From Minisyncoccota bacterium (GTDB taxonomy: Bacteria; Patescibacteriota; Minisyncoccia; Phycocordibacterales; UBA9973), in the NCBI GenBank assembly GCA_035299545.1, contig DATGWJ010000021.1:10090-74089 (forward strand): a stretch of 64,000 nt of DNA, in the 5' to 3' direction. The notes under the pieces were generated by a model. The model saw only the letters and a list, made by a program, of their open reading frames with translations. It was not told the origin of the DNA and made no database searches. This document shows, in pieces, positions 38,349 through 48,791 of the stretch; the stretch's first letter is position 1; each line of letters opens with the position of its first letter. A program made the position numbers and the translations under genes.

Positions 38349-39647
38349 ATGGAAAAGAAAAAAACAATAAAAGGGCCCCAGCAACTTGGAACAGTAAAAG
38401 GAATGCGTGATATTATTGATAGTCAATACTACCAATTCCAAGGATTCTTCGAGAAAGCTCAAGAAATAGCAGTGTACTACGGCTTTAAACCAATCGACAC
38501 TCCTATAGTAGAACAAGAAAGTGTTTTCACTTCTTCTATCGGCATAGGTACTGACATTGTTGATAAAGAAATGTACACATTAAAGACAAAAGGTGGCGAT
38601 CATTTAGCACTTCGTCCTGAACACACAGCCGGTACAATGCGTAGTTATATTGAGCATGGAATGCAAGCCCTTCCTCAACCAGTAATGCTCTATAGTTATG
38701 GACCCGTTTTCAGACACGATAACCCTCAAGCAGGGCGATATCGCCAATTTTATCAATTTGATATGGATGTAATCGGCAGTGAAAAAAGTATCCTTGATGC
38801 TCTTGTTATTCGAACAGCTTGGACAATACTCACCGAAGCAGGAGCAACAGGACTCTCTGTAGATATTAATTCTATTGGCGACAAAGAATGCCGAGCTTCA
38901 TACATTAGAGAATTGGTTTCTTATTATAAGAAGAATATCAATTCCCTCCCCGCAATAGACAGAGAAAGGTTAAAAACAAATCCTCTTAGAATTTTAGATT
39001 CTAAAGAAGAAAAAACAGTGGAATTAAATCAAAACGCTCCAGATACACTTTCACACTTATGCCCCGCTTGTAAGAAACACTTTAAAGAAGTTCTCGAATA
39101 TTTAGAACAAATGGAAATCCCTTATAATATTAATAAGTGCTTAGTGCGTGGATTATCATACTACACAAGAACTGTTATTGAGATAACACAAGAAGATAAG
39201 GAAACAGGAAAGAAAACAACTATCACAGCTGGCGGCCGTTATGATTACCTTGGTAAACAACTTGGAAGCAAGAAAGATATACCTGCAGTAGGAATATCAA
39301 TAGGAGTAGATAGAGTTGTAGAATCACCTTGGTTTGCAAAACTTTCACCACGAATTATAAAGAAGCCAAAAATTTATTTCATTCAACTTGGTTTTGATGC
39401 AAAATTAAAGTCTTTGAATGTTATTGAAATTTTAAGAAAAGGCAAGGTTCCTATTGCGCAGTCCATATCTAAAGATAATTTAGGAGCACAATTGGCCATA
39501 GCTGAGAAATTAGGCATGGAATACGCTATTATCTTTGGACAAAAAGAAGCAATGGAGGATTCTGTGATTTTCCGTGATATGAGTAATCGTTCACAAGAAA
39601 CGGTTAAATTGTCAAAGTTGCTAGAATATATAAAAAATATAAAATAA
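38349..39647 (+). CDS. hisS: histidyl-tRNA synthetase
   Basis: Class II aaRS motifs; LRPEHTAG, GGRYDYL. Confidence 0.9.
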   Translation: MEKKKTIKGPQQLGTVKGMRDIIDSQYYQFQGFFEKAQEIAVYYGFKPIDTPIVEQESVFTSSIGIGTDIVDKEMYTLKTKGGDHLALRPEHTAGTMRSYIEHGMQALPQPVMLYSYGPVFRHDNPQAGRYRQFYQFDMDVIGSEKSILDALVIRTAWTILTEAGATGLSVDINSIGDKECRASYIRELVSYYKKNINSLPAIDRERLKTNPLRILDSKEEKTVELNQNAPDTLSHLCPACKKHFKEVLEYLEQMEIPYNINKCLVRGLSYYTRTVIEITQEDKETGKKTTITAGGRYDYLGKQLGSKKDIPAVGISIGVDRVVESPWFAKLSPRIIKKPKIYFIQLGFDAKLKSLNVIEILRKGKVPIAQSISKDNLGAQLAIAEKLGMEYAIIFGQKEAMEDSVIFRDMSNRSQETVKLSKLLEYIKNIK

Positions 39648-39651
39648 GAAT

Positions 39652-40188
39652 ATGGTTACCATTATTCAAAGTGGAGACAATGTGTTGCGCAAAATATCAA
39701 AAGAAGTGCCTGTCGCAAGCATTACAAAACCAAAAATTCAAAAAATTATAGCCGATATGAGTGAAGCTCTTGATAGCCAGTTTGATGGAGTTGCAATAGC
39801 TGCTCCTCAGATAGGTGTATCTCTCAGAATATTCGTTGTTTCTGGGAAAGTTTTTGATGAAGATTTTATAAATGGCAAAAACTTAGAGAAAAATTACAGC
39901 TCTGAAAAAAAACGAGAACCAAACATGGTGTTTATTAATCCTGTTTTTAAAAAAACCTCCCAAGATAAAAAGTTAATGATGGAAGGATGTTTATCTGTAA
40001 GGCCATTATATGGGAAAGTTCGAAGAGCCACCAGAGCTACAGTTGTAGCTTACAACGAGAAAGGTGTTAAATTCACTAAGGAAGCATCTGGTCTTTTAGC
40101 ACATATATTCCAGCATGAAATGGATCATTTAGAAGGAATACTTTTTATTGATAAAGCAAAAGATGTGCGAGAAGTTTTCTTAGACTAA
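39652..40188 (+). CDS. def: peptide deformylase
   Basis: GVAIAAPQIG, EGCLS, HEMDHLEG. Confidence 0.9.
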   Translation: MVTIIQSGDNVLRKISKEVPVASITKPKIQKIIADMSEALDSQFDGVAIAAPQIGVSLRIFVVSGKVFDEDFINGKNLEKNYSSEKKREPNMVFINPVFKKTSQDKKLMMEGCLSVRPLYGKVRRATRATVVAYNEKGVKFTKEASGLLAHIFQHEMDHLEGILFIDKAKDVREVFLD

Positions 40189-40260
40189 AAAGAAGGTTTT
40201 AGAGGTCTATATTATTAGTAATAATTTATAGGGGTCTATGACTTTTATAACAATCATTAT

Positions 40261-41133
40261 ATGGAAAAACTAAAGTTTGCATTTTTTGGCACTCCATTAC
40301 TCGCCAGCCAAACATTAGACATCTTGAAAGAAAATGGTTTTATACCTGCTGTTATCATAACAGCACCAGACGCAAGATCAGGTAGAGGTATGAATGTGAA
40401 TCAATCCCCCGTAAGCGCATGGGCACTCAAGCACAATATTGCTTGCCTTAAACCAGATAAGATTAATGAAGATTTTGTGAATAGATTCAAAAAATTCGGA
40501 GTGGATATTTCTGTTGTTGTTGCTTATGGGAAAATATTACCGGAAGATTTAATAAAAATTCCCAAATTTGGAACCATAAATATTCACTATTCCTTACTTC
40601 CTAAATACAGAGGTGCTTCTCCTCTTGAATCAGCACTCCTAAATGGAGATAGCGTAACAGGAGTAAGTATTCAGCAAATGGTTTTCAAATTAGATAGCGG
40701 ACCCATTCTAGCCTCCAAAGAAGTACCAATACATATAAACGACAAAAAGGATGACCTCAGAGATAAGCTTACAAATATAGGAGCAAATTTATTATCTGAT
40801 ACTCTACCAAAAATTATTAAAAATAAAATTAAATCTCAAACTCAAGATGAATCGAAAGCGATTTATTGCGCCAAAATACACAAAGAAGATGGTGAGTTGG
40901 ATTTAGAAAAAGGCGATCCTGTTAAAAATTACAATAAATATCGTGCATTTTATGGTTGGCCAGGAGTATATTTCTTTATTAAACCTAAGAATGGTAAAAA
41001 GGCAAAACAAAATGAAAAAATACGAGTAAAAATCAAAGAAGCTATTCTTCAAGATAATAAATTCATTATAAAGAGAGTTACCCCTGAAGGTAAAAAGGAA
41101 ATAAGTTACGAAGACTTCTTAAGACAGAATTAA
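40261..41133 (+). CDS. fmt: methionyl-tRNA formyltransferase
   Basis: NIHYSLLPKYRGASPLESALLNGD. Confidence 0.9.
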   Translation: MEKLKFAFFGTPLLASQTLDILKENGFIPAVIITAPDARSGRGMNVNQSPVSAWALKHNIACLKPDKINEDFVNRFKKFGVDISVVVAYGKILPEDLIKIPKFGTINIHYSLLPKYRGASPLESALLNGDSVTGVSIQQMVFKLDSGPILASKEVPIHINDKKDDLRDKLTNIGANLLSDTLPKIIKNKIKSQTQDESKAIYCAKIHKEDGELDLEKGDPVKNYNKYRAFYGWPGVYFFIKPKNGKKAKQNEKIRVKIKEAILQDNKFIIKRVTPEGKKEISYEDFLRQN

Positions 41134-41513
41134 TATTTCGACGTAAATGGATTACGCTTAGAAATACCCTTAAGCATTTTCTTCACGCTAGTTGCGCCTC
41201 TTTTATAAAGTGTCTGTTTTCTATCTTTTGTACTAGTTATTTGTCGAATTATTTCTTCTTTGGCATCGTCTATAGCAGTATATAGATCTTCTTGTTCAGA
41301 TATTGTATAGAATTTATTCCCAGCTATTTCAATATTAAATTCAGCTTTAAAAATTTCTCCTTGTTTATGATGATTTGTCGTTTTACCTATTTCCACATAG
41401 GCACCCATTTCTCCATCTTTCACAAACTTCTTTATTGCGGATAATCGCTTATTAACATAATCGTTTATAGGGTTCGTTAACTCCATATTGGTTGCTTTAA
41501 TATTTATGTTCAT
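41130..41513 (-). CDS. hpf: ribosome hibernation-promoting factor (RaiA/HPF family)
   Basis: MNINIKATNMELTNPINDYVNKRL ... typical HPF length. Confidence 0.75.
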   Translation of the reverse strand: MNINIKATNMELTNPINDYVNKRLSAIKKFVKDGEMGAYVEIGKTTNHHKQGEIFKAEFNIEIAGNKFYTISEQEDLYTAIDDAKEEIIRQITSTKDRKQTLYKRGATSVKKMLKGISKRNPFTSKY

Positions 41514-41553
41514 ATGTTTTATCTAAGCTAAATTAATAATAATACTTACATTC

Positions 41554-41793
41554 TTAGTATACCAAATTTTCTGGCAAATCAACTGCAATTATCTTACTCG
41601 GGCTTTGATGCCCACTTACAATTCGGACTTTTTTCGTTGAAATATTGAAAATACCTGCCATAATTTCACAGATTCTTTTATTTGCAAGGTTTCTTTCTGC
41701 TTTTTCTCGCACACTTATAATATATGTGTCTTTATTTTTCTTGCTAACATTTTCTTTTTTTGCTCCAGCTAGAACCCTTACTTTAATATACAT
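41554..41793 (-). CDS. DUF167/YggU-family protein
   Basis: Pattern VREKAERNLANKRICEIMAGIFN...VRIVSGHQSPSKII. Confidence 0.6.
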   Translation of the reverse strand: MYIKVRVLAGAKKENVSKKNKDTYIISVREKAERNLANKRICEIMAGIFNISTKKVRIVSGHQSPSKIIAVDLPENLVY

Positions 41794-41833
41794 GTTTATA
41801 TATTACTCTAATGTATAACAAAATAAAAGATGT

Positions 41834-42724
41834 ATGTGGTATAATATAATTGTGAAAAAAATATTAAAATTTTTAAAAATCTTTTTCCTTATTTTATATT
41901 TAATTGTAATCTTTTTATTAATGCTTAAAAGCAAACAGTTGAACAGTGATTACAATCTGCCTGTCTGGCTTATTCCTAGTTTATTTTTTATTAGTATTTT
42001 TTATTTCTGTTATGAATATATAATACTCAAGATAAAAGATGATAAATTAGAAGATGAGATAATCTCCATTGTAAACCACGCATTCCGTACTCCTATTACA
42101 AGTATTATTTGGCATGTAAAAGAACTAGAAAAAAACATTCCCCAAAATGAGAAACTTCTATACTTACAAAATATCAATAACGGAGCAAATCGAATCTTAA
42201 ATGTTGTTGATTCTCTAGTTGGAATAAAAGATGTACAAAATACTTCTGGATACTTTTTTGAAGCTGTCTCGATGAGAGAAATTATTGAAGACTCGATAAA
42301 TAGACACAGAGGTCAAATAAATAAAAAGAATATAGATTTTAGAATACCTACTTTTAAAGATATTCCCCTTCTAACTGTTGATTTGAAGAAAATTTCATTC
42401 GTAATTGATACGCTTATAGAAAATGCTATTTATTACACAAAGAAGGACGGGAAAATATTAATAGATTCTATTTATGATTTTAAAAAACTTGTATTATTTG
42501 TAAGTGATACGGGTATTGGACTAGGAATGATAGATAAACTAAGGATATTTTCAAAGTTTTATCGTAGTGAAAAAGCTAAATTAATGAACCCTGATGGTAT
42601 GGGTTTAAGATTGTATATATCTAGAGAGATCATTAAAAGGCATGGTGGTAAAATATATGCTAAATCGAATGGTCCAGATGAAGGTACTACTTTTTTCATA
42701 GAAATACCATTCAAGAAGAAATAA
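41834..42724 (+). CDS. sensor histidine kinase (two N-terminal TM helices)
   Basis: H-box HAFRTPITSI; ATPase G-box GMGLRLYISREIIKRHGG. No response-regulator partner in the window. Confidence 0.75.
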   Translation: MWYNIIVKKILKFLKIFFLILYLIVIFLLMLKSKQLNSDYNLPVWLIPSLFFISIFYFCYEYIILKIKDDKLEDEIISIVNHAFRTPITSIIWHVKELEKNIPQNEKLLYLQNINNGANRILNVVDSLVGIKDVQNTSGYFFEAVSMREIIEDSINRHRGQINKKNIDFRIPTFKDIPLLTVDLKKISFVIDTLIENAIYYTKKDGKILIDSIYDFKKLVLFVSDTGIGLGMIDKLRIFSKFYRSEKAKLMNPDGMGLRLYISREIIKRHGGKIYAKSNGPDEGTTFFIEIPFKKK

Positions 42725-42775
42725 TAAAACATTCCAACATTCTTAAGAATGTTGGAATGTTTTATTATTAGTATT

Positions 42776-43150
42776 TTATTTTTTAGAAATTATCTCTTCT
42801 ATCTTTTTTATATCTTCACCTATTTCAGAAATTGTAGCTCTTTCTTCTTGTATTTCTTTTTCTGTCTTTTCATCTATCCTTTTCTCTTTATTTAATCCAG
42901 AAATAATAATATTTTCTCCAATAAAGAAAGAAACAAATAACCCTGTTATCATAGTTATAAGTACTCCTATGATTAACGATGCCCACCCTGACATATTCCA
43001 GCTATCAGAAATATGCCAAATTCCCCGCCAAATTGAAACTATACCAATACTCCCAATAAAAGCATATACCAAAGGGAAATGAGTTAATTTTGTTCGTATT
43101 TTATCTTCTAGTTTATCAAAAAAGTTATACAAGTTTCTTATTATTTTCAT
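42776..43150 (-). CDS. hypothetical membrane protein
   Basis: Two TM helices and a charged C-terminal coil. Confidence 0.4.
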   Translation of the reverse strand: MKIIRNLYNFFDKLEDKIRTKLTHFPLVYAFIGSIGIVSIWRGIWHISDSWNMSGWASLIIGVLITMITGLFVSFFIGENIIISGLNKEKRIDEKTEKEIQEERATISEIGEDIKKIEEIISKK

Positions 43151-43169
43151 ATTATATAAAGCTATTCTA

Positions 43170-44666
43170 TCATTTAAAAATAATAATTCCTAATATACCA
43201 ATGAGAAGAAGACAAGTAATACAAGGAATAATTACTCCTTTAAATATATGGGTCTCAAAATTTTTAACCCCAGCGACTGCTTCTGCCGCAAGAATATCTG
43301 AGAGTGCAAGCATATTACCAGTAGCTGCTCCAACAACTCCCAATGACATTATCACTTCAGGATTAAAATTGAGATTTGTAGCAGCAACATAGAAAAAGTT
43401 ACCAAACATAATATTTGATATAGTTACACTTCCTGTAATGAAAGAACCAAAAGCTCCTATAAATGGAGCGAATAGCGGCAATAGTGATGTCTCAAATGCT
43501 TTAGAGATAAGAGTTATAGCTGGAGGTAAGCCAGATAAATTATTACCTGACAAAATCATTATTTGAACTATTGCTGACATTGAAACAATAACAATAAATG
43601 GTCCAATAGTTCCCTTTAGAGAAATAAAAGATGCTTTTCTTAAAAATCTTAAACCACTTCTCCAAAACAAAATCACAATTAAACCAGTTACTATAAAAAT
43701 AAAACCAGGATTAAATAAGTTAAATGTATGAATAAAACCAAAATTTACCATAATTCCCCATCTATCCAAGATAATTTTTCCAAAAATCAAGAGTGCTACT
43801 AATAAACCATAAGGTAGAAAAGCTTTGAGTGGACTCATTGTGTGGGCAAGATGTTCTTCTTTTTTAACTGTAATAGTATTCTTAGGGACAAAAATTCCTA
43901 ATTTAGTAGTAATAATAACTAATGCTAACCCTGCTACAGATCCTAATATAGTGGGAAATTCTTGTCCTAAAGACACAAATAATATTGACGGTAAAGAAAA
44001 AACAATACCAGACCAAATAGCAAAAGGTAACCCTTCAAAAAATTCTTTTTTTCTATTTGGTCTACCTTTTGTAATTATCCAAAGCATAAAAACCGGAACA
44101 ATTATTCCCACAAGATTTAACATTGAGGATATAAAAGGAACAGAAGAAGTTGGTAACCCTGCTAAACCTACTCTTATAGGCGTCCCAGCGGCACCAAAGA
44201 CTCCAGGAGCACTATTCCCTAATAATCCTATTATTAAAGCTCTTAGAGGTGTTAAACCGAGCCCCATAAGAAGAGGTACAGCGACAGCAGCAGGTACACC
44301 GAACCCTGCTGTCCCTTCAAGGAGTGCTTCAAATAACCAAGCAATAACTATAATTTGAATTCTATAATCTTTTGAGAAACTTTCTAAATAATATGAAATA
44401 TTTTTTATGATTTTTAAATCTTTTAATATTTCAAGAAAAAATATGGCTCCAAAAATAATAAAGAAAATATCAATAGCGATAAAGAATCCTTTACCATATG
44501 AAGTATATAAAAATGAAGGCATAATCTTCCAGTAAACAACCGCTAGTACTGTATAAAACAGCAGAGTTATTATAGAAGCCACAAGTAATGATGTTTTCTT
44601 ACTAAATAACAAGAATAAGAAAACAAGGAAAGGAAGTATCGATATAAAAATTGGAATATTATTCAT
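43170..44666 (-). CDS. lctP: L-lactate permease (LctP family)
   Basis: LEGTAGFGVPAAVAVPLLMGLGLTPL...GNSAPGVFGAAGTPI matches the LldP family core. Confidence 0.75.
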   Translation of the reverse strand: MNNIPIFISILPFLVFLFLLFSKKTSLLVASIITLLFYTVLAVVYWKIMPSFLYTSYGKGFFIAIDIFFIIFGAIFFLEILKDLKIIKNISYYLESFSKDYRIQIIVIAWLFEALLEGTAGFGVPAAVAVPLLMGLGLTPLRALIIGLLGNSAPGVFGAAGTPIRVGLAGLPTSSVPFISSMLNLVGIIVPVFMLWIITKGRPNRKKEFFEGLPFAIWSGIVFSLPSILFVSLGQEFPTILGSVAGLALVIITTKLGIFVPKNTITVKKEEHLAHTMSPLKAFLPYGLLVALLIFGKIILDRWGIMVNFGFIHTFNLFNPGFIFIVTGLIVILFWRSGLRFLRKASFISLKGTIGPFIVIVSMSAIVQIMILSGNNLSGLPPAITLISKAFETSLLPLFAPFIGAFGSFITGSVTISNIMFGNFFYVAATNLNFNPEVIMSLGVVGAATGNMLALSDILAAEAVAGVKNFETHIFKGVIIPCITCLLLIGILGIIIFK

Positions 44667-44668
44667 AT

Positions 44669-47600
44669 TTATGGAGTTACGAGAACTCGTCCAGTAGGAC
44701 TTGGTGTAGTCCCTCTAGGAATACTTGTTGCGTTATTATTGTAATTATAAATAACAAAATCATCATATGCCCACCAGCCGTCTCTCCAAGGAGCCGTACC
44801 ACTCCCACCAAGGAAATTCGCAAAATTAATTTTAGTTATGCGAACATCACTATAATCCCTAAATCTATAGTTAGGTATACTGGAAACTAATTTACCATTA
44901 ACAAAATATTCAAGAAGTCCGTTACTTGACCCTGGGGTATTTAATACAAGTCTCACAGTAATATCGTACCAAGTATTAGGACTAAAATAATAATTAATCG
45001 ATTCTGAATTACCCCAGCAATTAGGATCTGGAGACGGACAAGTCATACCAAGATGATTAACATAGAACTTTGTTTGAAGTTTGTCGTTTGTTGAAGTTTT
45101 ACCACTATCAAACATAGTAAGTATAAAAAATGATTTCATATCTGGGGTTGGTTTATATCCTGCGCCAGGCCAACTATTCATATTGGTATAAAAACCAAGC
45201 CCAAACTTTCCAGAAAGCCAGTGAGATGGATAACTTGACCCCGATGTACTAGCTGCGTATTCTGTTGCCATATTTTCTGAAAACTTCATCCTATAACTTA
45301 CATAAATTTCTTCTTGGTTTTGATTAGGTAAATTCATATACCAATCTAATCCACCAGCGGCAAGACTAAACCCATTAGAACCATTTAGTAAATCTTTATA
45401 GAAATAATTTTTCATAATTTTATTTCCGGATTCATCCTCTATCACAACTTTTTGAGTAGACCTATTCGCTCCTCCTGCATCATTCCAATCAGAAGCAATT
45501 TGACTACTCGTATATGTTCCTGGACTTCTATGTTGAAAATCTTGTTTAAAATAAATATTGAAAATATCAGACGTTGTACCACTGTTATTAATCAACTCAT
45601 AATACTTTTGTGCCCATTGTTCATACCCAGTAGAGTTTGGGTGAACTCCATCAGAAGTTAAGGTTGGGCTTGTCTTCCATCCACAATCTGTGGTTTTTGT
45701 TCCAGAAGTATCGTGCCATAGTGTCCACAAATCGACTACGTTTAAGTCTGAATGTTGTGAATCAAAATTCTTAAGCCAAGCATTTTCTGTCTTCATCTTA
45801 TTACACAAAGTAGTGTTATTGTTTATGTTTTCATATGGTGGCATAGTTGTCATATAAATATTTGAAATACCTTTTTGTTTAGCTAAATTATATATTTGCT
45901 CATACCAATATGAATTATCAACACTACTTAATGCATTTACTCCACAAGTTACAAATAATGTTTCTGTTCCTGATAAAACTTTTGTCGATAATTGATTATA
46001 AACCTGAGCACAAGTATTCCCCGATACAGCATAATCACTAATACTGCTTTGAGATAACCCCATTTTAGAAATAAAATAGCTAGGCCAATCACTTGTTATA
46101 CTATCCGACATTGAATCACCTATTACAGCATAAGTAGTCCCTGTAGAAGGAGTAGAACACACCCCACAATTCACACTAGTACCACAGTTGTTTGCCTGAG
46201 TACCACATTTACCTGAACAAGTAGTAGATGTGGATTCTGGAGTACAGACAGGAGGAGTTGTCCCTCCAAAGTAAGTATAAATTTGAGATACCTCACTTGA
46301 ACTTAAAGCTCTATTCCAAATCATTACTTCATCAATTGTACCCCTAAAGCTTCTTCCATTATAACCAATCTGAGAGATTGTAATAGCATCAGCTCCAGAG
46401 ACTGTAGCAGTTGATATTAAATTTCCATCTAAATAATAACTTAAAGAGTTTCCATTTCTTACAAGAACCACATGCCGGAGAGATGAAGTTCCTATAGCAG
46501 AATTATAAAATTCAAATTCTTGTCCATTTGTATTTGTTTCCATTCGTGGGTAGCCACTAGAAGTAAAGAAGATTCTTTGGTAATACCCATCGTCAGCTAA
46601 TACTAATCTATCATCAGAAAAATCTGTAGCTTTTACCCAGAAAGAGTATGTACCTACTGATTGAGTAATAGGTGAATTTAAAGTTATATAATCTGAATTA
46701 TCATTAAATAAATAACACTGTCCTTTTCTACAGTTTGTAGAAGTAGTAGTTGCTCCAGTAACAGTTCCATTATTTGTACCCACAGAATCATTTCCATTTC
46801 CATCAAGAGTCCACCAAGAAAGAAGACCAGACTGCCATGATGGAGTTACTGGTAAAACTGGTATAAGCGTGCAAGTGTCACCACTCTTTTGATACCCAGA
46901 GTTACAGGTAGATAAAGTGCAACTACCGTATGTGGACCAAGTACCTGAATTACAGGTTCGCGATTGAGTACCTGTACCATTAGTAATAGTGCAAGATTGA
47001 GTAGATGAACCGGAACAAGTAGTTGCTACACAAGCATTACCACTAATCTGATATCCAGAATTACAAGTAGATACTGTACAAGTACCGTAAGATGACCAAG
47101 TACCAGAATTACAGGTTCGTGATTGAGTACCTGTACCATTAGTAATAGTACAAGATTGAGTAGATGAACCGGAACAAGTAGTTGCTACACAAGCATTACC
47201 ACTAATCTGATATCCAGAATTACAAGTTGATACTGTGCAAGAGTTGTAATTTGACCAAACTCCAGAATTACAAGTTCGTGATTGAATGCCAGTACCATTT
47301 CCGATAGTACAAGATTGAGTGGATAGACCAGAACAAGTGGTTGCTACACAAGCACCCCCACTAATCTGATATCCAGAATTACATGTAGATACAATACAAG
47401 TGCCATATGATGACCAATTACCTTCATTACAACTTCGGTATTGATATCCTTGACCATTGTAAACAGTACAAGACCTCATAGATGAACCTGTGCAAATATG
47501 AGACGCTTCTTCTCCTTGGCTACAGAGAACTCCCGTGAGAGGACTATATTTAGTAGAATAAGTACAACCAGAAGGTAACGATTTAGGAGCATTAGAACAT

Positions 47601-48025
47601 AGTTCCCCTGTCATCGCATTATACTTTGCTCCAGGTAAACAACCAGGAGCGGTGTAAGTTGAGGTAGAAGTACTACCAGTGCTGGTGGTAGTGTTTGTAT
47701 TGGATGATGTATTTGTTGTAGTAGTTGCAGTGCCGGTCTGAGAAAATTCCAGCGCACTACGAGTAATAGGTCCTACCTTACCGTCTGGTACTAGACCACG
47801 ACTTTCTTGGAATGATTGGATAGCTTGTATTGATTTCTTTCCTATTACTCCGTCTACTACTAGATTGGGAGATGGGTTTAATACCCTATTTAGTACTACT
47901 TGTAGGTTAATACGTTCTTGGAGAGTATCGATTTTGGTGGGGAAAGAGACGGTGGAGGCAAAAGTAATAATAGGAATAATGAAAAATGAAATTACTCCTA
48001 ACTTGATTATATTTAGATTTTTCAT
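44669..48025 (-). CDS. large secreted multidomain surface protein (1118 aa)
   Basis: Signal peptide, then a PG-binding-1 domain (DGVIGKKSIQAIQSFQESRGLVPDGKVGPITRSAL). Thr/Ser-rich linker. Four tandem Cys-rich repeats of about 51 aa (CNSGxWSxYGxCTVSTCNSGYQISGxACVATTCSG). LamG/ConA-like lectin (EVMIWNRALSSSEVSQIY). SGNH/GDSL hydrolase (IGDSMSD...DGVHPN). Unknown C-terminal beta-rich domain. Confidence 0.7.
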   Translation of the reverse strand: MKNLNIIKLGVISFFIIPIITFASTVSFPTKIDTLQERINLQVVLNRVLNPSPNLVVDGVIGKKSIQAIQSFQESRGLVPDGKVGPITRSALEFSQTGTATTTTNTSSNTNTTTSTGSTSTSTYTAPGCLPGAKYNAMTGELCSNAPKSLPSGCTYSTKYSPLTGVLCSQGEEASHICTGSSMRSCTVYNGQGYQYRSCNEGNWSSYGTCIVSTCNSGYQISGGACVATTCSGLSTQSCTIGNGTGIQSRTCNSGVWSNYNSCTVSTCNSGYQISGNACVATTCSGSSTQSCTITNGTGTQSRTCNSGTWSSYGTCTVSTCNSGYQISGNACVATTCSGSSTQSCTITNGTGTQSRTCNSGTWSTYGSCTLSTCNSGYQKSGDTCTLIPVLPVTPSWQSGLLSWWTLDGNGNDSVGTNNGTVTGATTTSTNCRKGQCYLFNDNSDYITLNSPITQSVGTYSFWVKATDFSDDRLVLADDGYYQRIFFTSSGYPRMETNTNGQEFEFYNSAIGTSSLRHVVLVRNGNSLSYYLDGNLISTATVSGADAITISQIGYNGRSFRGTIDEVMIWNRALSSSEVSQIYTYFGGTTPPVCTPESTSTTCSGKCGTQANNCGTSVNCGVCSTPSTGTTYAVIGDSMSDSITSDWPSYFISKMGLSQSSISDYAVSGNTCAQVYNQLSTKVLSGTETLFVTCGVNALSSVDNSYWYEQIYNLAKQKGISNIYMTTMPPYENINNNTTLCNKMKTENAWLKNFDSQHSDLNVVDLWTLWHDTSGTKTTDCGWKTSPTLTSDGVHPNSTGYEQWAQKYYELINNSGTTSDIFNIYFKQDFQHRSPGTYTSSQIASDWNDAGGANRSTQKVVIEDESGNKIMKNYFYKDLLNGSNGFSLAAGGLDWYMNLPNQNQEEIYVSYRMKFSENMATEYAASTSGSSYPSHWLSGKFGLGFYTNMNSWPGAGYKPTPDMKSFFILTMFDSGKTSTNDKLQTKFYVNHLGMTCPSPDPNCWGNSESINYYFSPNTWYDITVRLVLNTPGSSNGLLEYFVNGKLVSSIPNYRFRDYSDVRITKINFANFLGGSGTAPWRDGWWAYDDFVIYNYNNNATSIPRGTTPSPTGRVLVTP
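46820..47460. repeat. four tandem DNA repeats of about 153 bp inside the surface-protein CDS (they encode the Cys-rich modules)
   Basis: Near-identical blocks ...GTACCATTAGTAATAGTRCAAGATTGAGTAGATGAACCGGAACAAGTAGTTGCTACACAAGCATTACCACTAATCTGATATCCAGAATTACAAGT... visible three times, plus one diverged copy. Confidence 0.75.
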
Positions 48026-48056
48026 TATTTAATTATACCAAGAAAAAAAACAAAAG

Positions 48057-48635
48057 TTAATGGGTTTTTAACCAACTAATCATTTTCTTGAAAGTGTTCA
48101 CTCCGGCTTCCCCATCAGCAGTTAAACCATTTGCTTTTTGATAGTTCTTCACAGCTGTCACAGTACTTGGACCGTAGTCATTATCTACTTTATTAGAAGT
48201 TTTATTATATAAGTTTAAGAATTTTTGTACTGTACCCACAGCAGGACCTTGTGATTTAAGTTTAAGATAAACATTGGCATCTACAAGCTTCTGTAATTCA
48301 TTTATGAGAGTTTGATTCTTTGAAACTGTAGGAGTTGTTGTAGTAGTTGGTGTAGTTGTAGGATTAACAACAGGTGCATTTGTATTAGAACCAGCAACAA
48401 CAGGTGCTTCTTCATTGCCCTTACCTTGTTCTATCTCTAATTGTAATAAACTAATTTGCCTCTTTAATTCAGTAACTTCTTTTTCAAGTTCTTCATTTGA
48501 ATCTTCTAAATCTTGTTGCTTCTGTGAATCCACATGAGTACTACCAGACTCCATTGTAGTGAAAGCCCAATACCCCGCGAACCCTATTAAACCTAAAATA
48601 AATATCGAAAAGATAAAAAATTTAAAATTCTCCAT
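48057..48635 (-). CDS. membrane-anchored peptidoglycan-binding-domain protein with a coiled coil
   Basis: C-terminal PG-binding-1 motif GPAVGTVQKFLNLY...DYGPSTVTAVKNYQKANGLTADGEAG. Confidence 0.6.
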   Translation of the reverse strand: MENFKFFIFSIFILGLIGFAGYWAFTTMESGSTHVDSQKQQDLEDSNEELEKEVTELKRQISLLQLEIEQGKGNEEAPVVAGSNTNAPVVNPTTTPTTTTTPTVSKNQTLINELQKLVDANVYLKLKSQGPAVGTVQKFLNLYNKTSNKVDNDYGPSTVTAVKNYQKANGLTADGEAGVNTFKKMISWLKTH

Positions 48636-48669
48636 ATACTAGCGATTATACCACAATATAAAAAACAAA

Positions 48670-48779
48670 AAAATCATAAATAATCTTATCAGCGGGGCGT
48701 GCGCAAGCCTGACGAGGCGAGCAATGAGGAAATTTCTAGTAAGAAATTATCCGGACCCGATGAGAAGAATTATTTATGA
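48670..48779. repeat. divergent composite hairpin (AT-rich stem TCATAAATAAT... enclosing a GC-rich core) downstream of the helicase gene
   Basis: Stem AATCATAAATAATCTTATC / GATGAGAAGAATTATTTATGATT. Core GCGGGGCGTGCGCAAGCCTGACGAGGCGAGCAATGAGG with inner hairpin AATTTCT-AGT-AAGAAATT. Same architecture as copies A-D. Confidence 0.5.
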
Positions 48780-48791
48780 TTTTTTCTTTTA

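Noticed and set aside
46820-47460. The 153-bp tandem DNA repeats as a mobile element, CRISPR array or VNTR in non-coding DNA.
   Set aside because: They are in frame inside the 1118-aa surface-protein gene and encode four Cys-rich protein modules.
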